Source: Azolla caroliniana (lineage: Eukaryota; Plantae; Polypodiophyta). Taken from it: 64,000 nt of DNA. Each line of letters starts with the position of its first letter. The stretch's first letter is position 1. The DNA is taken from assembly GCA_043228905.1 (NCBI GenBank), contig JBHGNT010000012.1:6014001-6078000 (forward strand). Reading direction: 5' to 3'. The notes under the pieces are model-generated. The model was not told where the DNA came from and did no database searches. It saw nothing but the letters and a program-made list of their open reading frames with translations. Below are positions 26,301 to 37,440 of the stretch, one piece after another. The translations under genes and the position numbers were made by a program.

Positions 26301-27301
26301 GAGGTACTTCCAAAGAGGTTGCTTGGTGTATCAACCCCTGGAAGACATTCATGTGCTCCGCCATACTAGAGCCGTCTTGGTACCGGAGCCTCACTAGCTT
26401 CCAAAATACTGAAACCCGATTAACGGCATTCTTGTTCTGGAACATGATGTCGATCTTCTCCCAGAGTTCATGGGCCTTGCTCAATCTCTTCATTGAAGTT
26501 GTTGTACAGGCTCATGTCGATGAAGCACCGGATGTATGTCGTCATCTTCATGTGCGTCACCTCCCACATCGTGGCATCAATCTTATCTGGTCTCTTATCC
26601 CCGAACTGAACCAACAACCAAAGATCTTTAACCACCAGCATGTCCCTCATCTTCGACTTCCACACTGAGGAGTTGGAGCCAGTGAGCTTGAACATGCCAC
26701 CGTAAGATTCTTCCATCTTCTGTGTTGTTCGCTCTTATACCAATTTGAAGAGAAATGTTCACTTCAATAAGAATTAAACACAAAAAATGGGAAGTGGAGA
26801 GTACACAAGAAAATGACACGGGATGTTTATGTGGAAAACCCTAATAGGGAAAAACCACGGGAGCCCACAGACTCCGAACTACATTATGAAGAGAAGGGGT
26901 ACAATCAGAGACTCGGAGGCAACGACGTCGAGCTCTGTTTCTTCGCACAGTGGCGGTTACAAACGGAGTATCACTCTGTATCTCCCTCTCTCACTCTCTG
27001 TACAATAGTTACAGCAATATGACAACAACACAATCACACTCACACACTAAAGTGATTGCCCTAAGTCATATTTATAGTTATATGAACTTAGGGATATTTA
27101 CAAATATAGCCTCAATGGGCTTATTCAAGACATATTTACAAATATGTCTTCCCTTCCGGTTCTCACCAGGTCCATCGATCCGGTTTCCGGATCTCTTCCG
27201 GTTCTCACCGAGTCTCCTCCGGTTTCTGAATCTCTTCCAGTTCTCACCGGGTTCTCTTTATTCATCACTGGATCCCATCCAGAGAGATCGATTTCCCAAC
27301 A
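23369..27301 (-). mobile_element. Ty1/Copia retrotransposon F (C family), 3'-truncated, inserted in the LINE
   Basis: 5' LTR 26746-27301, PBS TGGTATAAGAGC 26731-26742; gag, PR (DSGASFH) and IN closely similar to C; ends at the RT start (ELPKGK). Confidence 0.92.
23651..24605 (-). repeat. Four in-frame copies of a 207-bp integrase C-terminal segment plus (GAA)n
   Basis: Periods 231, 258 and 243 bp; GAA tracts of 12, 17, 8 and 4 codons in element order. Confidence 0.93.
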
Positions 27302-28668
27302 CATATGTGTCAATTGGGTTGTACTTTGATCGAATCAGGATCTACAATCCATTTATGACCAGTATACACGAGTACTCGAATTGCATTATTCTGTGTTGGT
27401 GTCTCATTGTCTCGCAATTCAAAGCCTTCGAGACTGTCTGGTGGTCCCCTACCTCTCGGGATCAGAGATCCCTCCTCCTCGTGGCCTATCCATTTCTCCA
27501 TTCTCGTCCTTTCAGTAGCAGTTTCCCTAATCAGTAGAGCGTTAATGATTTCCGATCTCATAGTCCATCCGCCCTGATTCCATGGAGTATGTTGGCTTGA
27601 TCTTGTAGTGCCAGTGACATAAACCGTCACCAACATTCTATACTTTTTCCTGGACCTTCTGCAATGTATCCCCATGACAACCCCTTACGTGATCCCAGTA
27701 GTTGATTAGATTCATCCTTGATACATGGGTTCCATAGAATACGTTGATTGAGCCAGGCAGATTCGGAACTCGGTTGATCACACTTGAACCCTCGTCTAAT
27801 GTCACACCATGCCTTCCACATGGATGCACTGAATCTATCCTCCAATTGGCGGGAGAAGCTAGGTTTGAGATCCATGTTTAGAATCCATCCCGTTTAGGGG
27901 GCCCAATTGACCCCTTTTTGTGGCCTAAAGTAAGCGAAACGTAACCGCAATATCATTATTCAATTGTCATTTCTTGGTTGGAGTCCTCGCACCACAAATT
28001 TGGCAAGTAAGGCTTTTGATTGTGAAAGGTGATCAATAAGACCCAATCCCCCTCTCGACTTACGCATTGTGAGTATAGGCCATGCCACCTTGATGCGAAT
28101 TACATGGTCTTCCTTACCAGACCAAATGTAGTTGCAGACCAGTCATTGAATCTGATGTATACTTTCCTTGGACATTCTCCAACATGATAGACTGTACCAT
28201 GATGTTGCGAGTAGTACCTAGTTTGCCACTATGATGCGACCCTCTAGCAACAGTTTTTTCCAGCTCCAATGTATCAATTTTTGATGAATAGTATGGATAA
28301 CAGGTGCAATCATAGTCTCCAGCGGTATGTTGAAACCAATTTGGAAACCCAAATATTTGGTGCTAGCTCCTTGATTGATCCATTTGAAAGCGGGATGTGG
28401 GTGCCACGCTGAATGTGTTTCATGAGTGTCGAGACTCGTGGGTAGGAGATAGAGCGAGAGCAAGAGCGAAAGAGAGAGGGTGTGTGTGTGTGTGCGTGAG
28501 AGAGTGAGAGAGTGAGAGAGAGTGAGAGAGATAAGACTTGAAATAGAAATAAGATTATATTATGATGAAACAAGATTACAATGAGTAGGCTAAGGGCTAA
28601 AGATTAGTGTTGAACTGAATGAATTGAAATGAATGTATGGACACTTATTTATAGATCCTTATGGAGTA

Positions 28669-28769
28669 TTCTAGAATGTTCTAGAATATTTTAGATTTTT
28701 ATGATAAGAAATATAATCATGAAATATTAAAGAATGTTCTAGAATATTCTAGAATGTTCTAGAATATTC
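28669..28769. promoter_or_regulatory. Heat-shock element arrays in D LTR (also ~39130-39230)
   Basis: 8 perfect alternating nGAAn/nTTCn units at 28732-28769 and 4 at 28669-28686, upstream of the minus-strand TATA box. Confidence 0.8.
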
Positions 28770-31700
28770 AAATATCTCGTAATAACTAAAAATATAATTA
28801 TTATAATCACACAACATATATGTTATTACAATGGTTAAGGTTTCAACACATAGACCAAGAAGTCGTGGGTTCGATTCTTGATAAGCCAAAATGTTGTTTT
28901 CATGACATTATCCCCCCTTTCGATGATGAGTTCCACGAGTCGGAAGACAAGAGTTCGGACTTGGTTTATGGGGATATTTGTCGTGAAATGCAACAACCAT
29001 GTTTGAGGCATTAGCAAGATGCTCGGCAAGCTCCCATGTTCGATCATTAGGTGTATAACCTAACCAATCAACCAAATAATATAGTTTGTTGCAGATGATC
29101 TTGGAGTCGAGAATGGCAGCAACCTCATATTCAAAGCCATTGGAAACTTCGATTGGAGGTGGGGGAGGCGTAAGACGACTTGGAATAGAGCTTGTTGTGT
29201 AGGGCTCCAAAAGTGAAACATGGAAGACCAGGCGAAGACACATTGGAAACTTCGATTGGAGGTGGGGGAGGCGTAAGACGACCCAGAATAGAGCTTGTTG
29301 TGTAGGGCTCCAAAACTGAAACATGGAAGACCGGGCGAAGACACATATACGAAATGTCACATCATTGATCTTACCAGAGATCACATATGGGCCGAAACGT
29401 TGATAATCCAATTTGTAGCAAGGTCAGGTGGTTTTAATGCTACCTTGTAAGAGCCATACACGATCTCCTACTTGAAACGTAGTCGATGAATCATGTCGAT
29501 GACGATTAGCAATCTTCTTTTGAGTGTTTTGGGCATCACATAAATGATGCAAAAGTATATCCCGAACTTCTTGGAGTCGAGTGAGCCAATCTTCAACAGC
29601 TGGGTTTTTCGGGAGTTCGGGATGTTCAATCATCGTCCAACGAGGATGGTACCCAATATTAGCAAAAAATGGGGAATATCTAGTAGAAGAATGTTCAGAG
29701 TTGTTGTAAGAAAATTCCTCCAAATGTAATAAATCCACCCAATCATCTTGTTGATAGTTGACAAAACAATGTAGATATTGTTCGACTGTTTGGTTGGTGC
29801 GCTCACTCTACCCATTAGTCTCTGGAAGGTAGCTAGAAGAGAGTTTACAAGAAGTATGTAAGAGTTTGAACATGTGCCGCCAAAATTTTGAGATGAATTG
29901 GGGACCCCGATCATTGATAATATCATCCAGAAGACCATGATGGCGAAACACCTCCCACATGAGTAAATCGGTTGTCTCTTGACTAGTAACGGTCTTCGTG
30001 CATGGAAGGAAATGCGCCATCTTCGTAAAACGATCAACTACCGTGAGAAATATAATCAAAATCTACTCCCAAATGGAATCAAGAAGCCTTGAATCTCCCG
30101 ATGTGTTGATAGTATGTATTGCCATTACTTGTAAATGATCAGGACCTAAGAGGATTTGCTTTTGACTTTCAAATGCGGCCTCTCCTGGTTGAAGTTCCAT
30201 ATACGAACGTCGAGATAAAGCATCTGCTTTTCCTTGTTGCATCCCAGGGCGATATAGAATTACAAAATCAAAACGAGTTAAGAACTACGCCCAACGAGCT
30301 TGTCGACGATTCAAGACTCGAGCACTTTGGAAGTATGTTAGATTTTTGTGATCATTGTAAACAATTTGGGAAGAACCCTCCAAAAAAGGACACCATTGTT
30401 GAAAAGAATCCACAATGGCAAGAAGCTCTTTGTTTGAATCTCATAGTTGATTTTTGTAGCTTCAAATTTCCGTGAGTGAAAAGCCACAGGGTGCAATTTG
30501 CCATCTTCGCCAATCTGGGATAGTACGCTTCCGAGTGCGAAATCAGATGCATCAACTTCAAGTATAAAACGCCTCATTGGATCGACATGCATTAAAATTG
30601 GTGCAAATGTAAACTCTTGCTTTAAACCCTCAAATGCAGAGTTCGCATCTATACCCCATACAAATGGTTGATTCTTACGCGTTAGTTGAGTGAGGGGCAA
30701 TACAATTTTTGAATAATCTTTGATGAACTTGCGATAAAAGTTTGCGAACCCCAAAAAACATTGTACATTTCACACAAACTATGGTGTTTGCCAATCCAAA
30801 ATTGTTTGAACCTTTAATGGATCCATAGAGATGCCATTTGAAGAGACTATGTACCCCAAAAATTCCACTTGACACTGGTCGAAACTACATTTCTCCAATT
30901 TTGCATAGAGACCATACTCTCGTAACTATTGCAAAACTTGACGAACATGTATCTCATGCTCCACTTCAGTTTTTCAGTAGATCAAGATATCATCCAGGTA
31001 AACTATGATGAAGATATTGCGGAAGTCTCGAAAAATGTCATTTGCCATATGTTGGAAAACTGTTGGTGCATTCGTGAGACCAAATGGCATCACTGTATAC
31101 TCAAAATGACCATAACAAGTGCGGAACGCGGTCTTCCATTCATCCCAGGGCGAATTCGAACAAGGTTGTAGGCACCTCGAAGATCTAACTTCATGAAATA
31201 CTTTGCTCCACTAAGGCGTTCTAGAAGGCTTGAGATCAATGGTAGAGCATATCGGTTTCTAATAGTCACTTTATTCAAGCCCCGATAATCCACGACCATA
31301 CGAAGCGTACCATCTTTCTTCTTAACAAAAGCTCTTTTCCTGGCTGCAAATCAATCGGGCAATCATATGGTCGATGCTCTGGTAATCTATTAGCCTTCAC
31401 CTTATCGAACACATCGGAGAATTCTATGTACTTCTTTGGTAATTGGACCCCCAATTCTTGTGAGTTAGATGAGGGAGTTGCTAAAACCGCAAATACCATC
31501 ATGTCTTCCTTCCTTCCATCCTCTCGTAACTGATGTATAGATATTGTTGAAATTGTGTGGAATCCTAGATCCTTTGTTGGAGTTTCAAGAGACTCAGACT
31601 GTATTATGATCTCTTCAATAGTTCTTTTTCTCCAATCAATAGTTGGGTTATGTAACTCAAACCAAGGAAGACCAAGAACTAGTGAGTGCTCTGGACTACT

Positions 31701-32404
31701 AATGATGTTGAATGAGATGATACTAGCCAAATTACCTAAGACTACACGAATTGGTTCAGACTCTTTGACTATATCACTTGATGTTATAGGGCGACCATCG
31801 ATGACTCCTACAGCTACTGGGTTCGGGAGCTTGTTCAAGGTGATGTTTTGGGTCAATGCAAACTCGCAATCCATGAAACAAGAATTGGCTCCATAATCTA
31901 GGAGGGCAGAGGCTAGGACTCAATGACCTATAGATGTGCTAAGCTCGACTTGTGCAGAAAAAACTCTGGTAACTTGATTTGATGAAATGGAACCACAACT
32001 AGGTACTGACTCTACATATCTAGGATGGTCCAACCAAATGGCTCCTATTTTGGCCGGACTTATTCGTTTAACACATCCTCTAATTGGCTCAAGACATCAA
32101 ATCTATTCTCATGGCATGGGTTATTAGGCTTAGTAGTTAAGTTATTAGAAGTGATAGTAGAACTCGAGGTAGGGTTGTCATGTGCACTTACTTGGTAAAC
32201 TTGACGTCTGGGTTTATGTAGAAAATTCACAGCAATATGTCTTGGACCACCACAATAGAGGCATAGGCGATGCGCCCGATGTCATGGCAAGACTCGAACC
32301 CATGACTTTATGCTACATGGGTCGAGCTCTTACCATTAGATTAGGAATTGTATTTGGTAGGATATTATTTTCATTTATACTTTATCATAGAAAATTGATG
32401 TATA

Positions 32405-32465
32405 TTCCAGATCTCTCTGGAACATTCTAGAAGCTTCAAGATTATTCCTAAAAACACTATAAAAG
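32405..32465 (+). promoter_or_regulatory. Heat-shock element array and TATA box in E LTR
   Basis: GAAcaTTCtaGAAgcTTC core (32420-32437) within ~9 phased units; TATAAAA at 32458. Confidence 0.75.
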
Positions 32466-32646
32466 GAGGCACAATAATATATAGCTGCTGTCATCATCTC
32501 TCTCATTCTCGCTATCTCTCTCTCTCTCTCTCTCCTCTTCTCACTTCCTCTCTCGGGAATCTTACGCAGTCTCGTCCTCTTAGTACTAATAGTACTGCTG
32601 TTCTTAGTACTAATTCCATCTCTGTTTTAGTACTATTCCTGACAGT

Positions 32647-32658
32647 TTGAACCAATTT
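32647..32658 (+). promoter_or_regulatory. Non-tRNA (self-priming) PBS of E
   Basis: TTGAACCAATTT is the exact reverse complement of AAATTGGTTCAA (37663-37674), 33 nt after the LTR TATA box. Confidence 0.8.
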
Positions 32659-32713
32659 TCCGCTCTAGCCTACTTGTCACTCTCCCTCATCCTCCTACCC
32701 TTTTCCCTATACT

Positions 32714-33871
32714 ATGGCTACTGTTAGCGCCCAAGAATACCAATCCGTTTTCTCCGAGCTACAGTGCCTAAAAGAAAAGTTTGTTGCCCTGGAACAAGAA
32801 AACCAACGGCTGATAGGGGATCTGCAACAAATCGCTCTAGAAAAACAACAAACGCAACAACAACATGGGGAGTTAGCGTTACGGGTACAACAACTCGAAG
32901 CAACGTTGCAACAACAAGGATCCAGTCCCCAAGGATTTCATAAAGAGCCCAAGATTGGACTTCCTGTGAAATTTGATGGAACGCGTTCGCAATTCCGGGG
33001 ATTCCTTAATCAGGTACGCTTAGTCATCCAGATGCATCCTTCCCGATATCCCACTGATGCATCTCGAGTCGGCCTAATAGGCACGCTACTTAGCGGCTCA
33101 GCCTTGGCATGGTTTGCTCCGCTTCTAGAAAAACAATCACCCTTACTTAATAACTTTGAAGATTTTATTGGTGAGTTTAAAGCCTGCTTTGGAGACACCG
33201 ACAGCATCAGGACGGCGATCAACAAGATCCGGCGATTGCGTCAAGGCGATCGTCCAGCCTCTGCCTACGCGGCGGATTTCCGCCTACTTGCTTCAGATAT
33301 ACCCTGGGATGATCAAGCACTAATGGAGCAGTTTCGCTATGGCTTGCGAAACGATGTCAAAGATCTACTTCTAACTTTCCCCGAAGAACCAAAGTCTCTT
33401 ACGGGGGCAATCAGTCGAGCAGTTCGATGTGACAACCGCCTTTTTGAACGGCGTTCAGAACGTCAATTACAGATACCACGCTCTAGGCCAGAGCCCACTT
33501 ACGCCGCAGTCGTGGCTAAACCGTTTGCACGAGACACACCTCAAGCAAATACTTCGACACCGATGGAGATCGATACCATGCGTCGACGCGGCCCGTTATC
33601 GGAAGAAGAAAAGCAACGACGACGTGCCAATCGATTATGTCTTTATTGCGGTGGACCAGGACATATCGCCATCAATTGTCCCCATAGGCCAAGAAGACAG
33701 GTAAATCAAATCGTCGCCTGTACTAAACCCGAGTCAATTCTTCCCTTTGGAGTGTCTGATAGTATTAATAGTACTAATAGAGTGTCAGATAGTATTCATA
33801 GTACTAATAGCCCAAGTATCTCAAATAAATTTGAAATCCTTAGTCAATTAGATGAAGAGTTAAACGATTGA
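32714..33871 (+). CDS. gag: Gag of chromovirus E (coiled coil, capsid, CCHC knuckle)
   Basis: Intact 385-aa ORF; KFDG, LRQG, CLYCGGPGHIAINC. Confidence 0.93.
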   Translation: MATVSAQEYQSVFSELQCLKEKFVALEQENQRLIGDLQQIALEKQQTQQQHGELALRVQQLEATLQQQGSSPQGFHKEPKIGLPVKFDGTRSQFRGFLNQVRLVIQMHPSRYPTDASRVGLIGTLLSGSALAWFAPLLEKQSPLLNNFEDFIGEFKACFGDTDSIRTAINKIRRLRQGDRPASAYAADFRLLASDIPWDDQALMEQFRYGLRNDVKDLLLTFPEEPKSLTGAISRAVRCDNRLFERRSERQLQIPRSRPEPTYAAVVAKPFARDTPQANTSTPMEIDTMRRRGPLSEEEKQRRRANRLCLYCGGPGHIAINCPHRPRRQVNQIVACTKPESILPFGVSDSINSTNRVSDSIHSTNSPSISNKFEILSQLDEELND

Positions 33872-36800
33872 GTCCAGCCAAAATAGGAGCCATTTGGTTG
33901 GACAGCAGCCCTAGATCTGTACAGCCCATTAGTGGTTCCATTCCTTCCAAGCAAGTTAGCAATGTGTTCCTAGCCCAAGTCATTGTTAGTACTAAAAGTA
34001 CTCCCCCAGTACCCGTCCTAGCACTTTTAGATTCCGGAGCTAATTCCTGTTTCATGGATCGAAATTTTGCCCAAGCTTCTCAGATATCCTTAAGAAAACT
34101 TCCTTGTCCCGCATCTGTAGTGGTCATTGATGGTCGTCCCATTGCTTCCGGGAATATTGTAGAAGAATCAGAACCCATTCAAGTTGTCCTAGGTAGTTTT
34201 GTGTGTATAATATCATTTAATATAATTAGTAGTCCAGAGCATCCCATTGTCCTAGGATTACCTTGGCTTGAATTACATAATCCAGCCATAGATTGGAGAA
34301 CAAGAGAAGTCCGATATCGACCACCCCAAGAATCAACTCACCGAGTTTCGACCATTTCACTCCATCAACTACGCGAAGAAGGACCCAAGGAGGCAATGTT
34401 CCTATTTGCCATATCAGTACATCCTTCTAGCACTATTAAGAAGGACTCCTCAATACAACTTCCGGCAAAATATCATCCTTATGCCGATGTATTTGACAAG
34501 GTAAAAGCCGGTACCCTTCCTCATCACCGTCCCTATGACTGTCCCATCGATTTACAACCAGGAACCGAGCCACCATGGGGACCAATTTACAACTTGTCAC
34601 CCACCGAGTTAGAAGTCCTTCGAGCCTACATAGAGGAGAACTTGGCAAGCGGGTTCATCCGTCATTCGAAATCTCCGACCGGTGCACCCATCTTCTTTGT
34701 CAAGAAGAAAGATGGCTCACTTCGTCTTGTCGTTGATTACCGCGGATTGAATAAAGTCACCATCCGGAATAGGTATGCACTTCCTCTTATATCAAGTCTT
34801 TTAGAGCGAGTTAATGGTGCCAAGTTTTTTACTAAAATCGACCTACGAGGAGCGTATAATCTCGTGCGGATCCGACCGGGAGATGAGTGGAAGACCGCTT
34901 TTCGCACGCGGTATGGGCATTTCGAGTATACTGTTATGCCGTTTGGCCTAACCAATGCACCCGCAGTCTTCCAACACATGGCAAATGATATATTCAGAGA
35001 CCTCTTGGATATCTGTTTGATCATTTATCTGGATGATCTGTTGATTTATTCGAAGACCCAGGAAGAGCACGATTCTCATGTACTATTAGTACTAAAGCGA
35101 CTCCGCGAGAATGGTCTTTATGCCAAGCTAGAGAAATGTAGCTTTGACTGCAAGCAAGTGGAATTTCTAGGCTACGTCATCTCCTCAAAGGGCATCGCCA
35201 TGGATCCAGCTAAAATCCAAACTGTACTAGAGTGGCAAATTCCACGGTCAGTACGAGATGTACAATGTTTTCTAGGCTTTGCTAACTTCTACCGTAAGTT
35301 TATACAGGATTACTCGAAGATTATTTTACCTCTCACACAACTTACGAAGAAGGGCCAAGCATTTCTTTGGTCCATCGAAGCAGATATGGCTTTTCGGCAT
35401 CTTAAGAAAGCCTTTACATCAGCACCGATTCTAGCTCATGTGGATACAAGCAAACCATTCATCATGGAGGCCAACGCATCAGATTTCGCCCTCGCTAGCA
35501 TCCTTTCTCAACAAGGCGATAAAGAAGAGTTGCATCCGGTGGCTTTCCATTCGCGCAAATTCAATGTCGCAGAAATCAACTACGAAATACATGACAAGGA
35601 GTTATTAGCCATCGTGGATTCATTTGTACAATGGCGGCATTTCTTAGAGGGCTCTCCACATCAGGTCATTGTCTTTAGCGATCATAAAAATCTTGCTTAT
35701 TTTCAGAACGCTCGCATACTAAATCGACGGCAAGCTCGGTGGGCGCAATTCCTCACGCGTTTCAACTTCGAAATCACATATCGACCGGGGAAGCAGCAAG
35801 GAAAAGCAGATGCACTATCACGGCGTTCATATCTTGCACCTCGTCCTGGTGACGCAACATTTGATAATCAAAAGCAAGTAATCTTGGGACCAACACGATT
35901 GCACACGACGCGGATTTTTCACACCCCGATGGATTCACGGATTACCGATGACATACGTGCAACCTTGAAGACGGATAGTTTTGCTCAAGACATCCTGGTG
36001 CACATTGATACTTCTCGGGCATCCTGTTCTCAGTCTCAACAACCAGGTATTGACTACCGACAATTCGAATATCATGATGGTTTGTTATTCTTTAAAAAGC
36101 GCGTATATGTCCCCGATTGCTCCTGTCGCCTTCAAATCGTCCAACATTGTCACAACACCCATACGGCGGGACATTTCGGTAGTACCAAGACGTTGGAGTT
36201 AGTGCAGCGATCTTTTTGGTGGCCCCACATGCGCCGTTTTGTCGACGACTACGTTCGGACCTGTGATGCTTGCTGCCGAGCAAAGATGCCACGACACCAT
36301 CCATATGGCTTGTTGGAACCTTTACCAATTCCAAGTAAGCCATGGCAGTCTATTTGTCTTGATTTTATTACAGATCTGCCGGTCTCGAAGGGGTTCGATG
36401 CTATCCTAACCGTCGTCGATCGATATACGAAGATGGCACATTTTGTGCCATGTACTAAAGCCATCACTAGCGAGGAAACCGCCGCTCTTGTTATGCGTGA
36501 GGTATTTCGGCATCATGGCCTACCAGACAGTATTATCAGTGACAGAGGCCCGCAATTTGTCTCCAAATTTTGGCAGCATCTCTTCAGGATGCTCAAGGTC
36601 TCCTGCAACCTCTCCTCCGGCTACCATCCTCAAACTGACGGATAGGCGGAACGAACAAACCAAACGTTGGAGCAATATCTCCGGTGTTTCCTGAGTTATC
36701 AACAGGACGATTGGGCCGAGATTCTCCACTTTGCGGAGTTTGCGTATAATAATGCTATTCACTCCTCGACTCGGGTCTCCCCATTTCTCGCTTATACCGG

Positions 36801-37440
36801 TTTCCATCCTCGCTGGTCGGTGATCGACACTCCGGAGCTACCTACCAACCCTCGTGCCGAGGACCATTTGGAGAGGCTACGCAAGATCCAGATGGATCTC
36901 TCTACTCACCTTCGTCATGCTCAACACACACAGAAGACTTATGCGGATCGTCATCGGATTCCCTCCTCTTTTGCCATCGGAGATCGAGTATGGCTCTTAC
37001 GTCGTCACATCAAGACTACTCGACCGTGCGACAAGTTGGATTATCGACGACTCGGTCCTTTCCGTATTACGGGGAAGATTAATGATGTCACCTTCCGCCT
37101 GGATCTCCCTCCGCAGCTTCAGATACATCCGGTTTTCCATTGTTCTCTTCTTGAACCTTATAAAGCAAACACCATTCCCGATCGTGTGACACCACCGCCG
37201 CCCCCGCTGGAGTTGGACGCCGGCCCGGAGTATGAAGTTGCTGCCATCCTCGATTCCAAACTTGTTCGCAACAAACTTTATTACTTGGTCGATTGGCTCG
37301 GTTATAGTCCGAGCGAACGTACTTGGGAACCCGTCGAGAATGTTGCCAATGCACAAGATCTTCTTGCTGATTTCCACCGAAAGTATCCGAACAAACCCGG
37401 TCCGCAGTTAGCGCCGACTCGTTCCACTCGTCGTCTTTAA
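33868..37440 (+). pseudogene. pol: Pol of chromovirus E (PR-RT-RH-IN-chromodomain), -1 frame to gag, one premature stop
   Basis: LLDSGA, YLDD, IN zinc-binding and DDE core, GPF module, chromodomain; TAG at 36643-36645 in place of Gln; RNase H EANASD where D has EVDASD. Confidence 0.93.

Noticed and set aside
26950-27537. 195-aa ORF
   Set aside because: Reads through the antisense of F's LTR into the antisense of the LINE; no domain.
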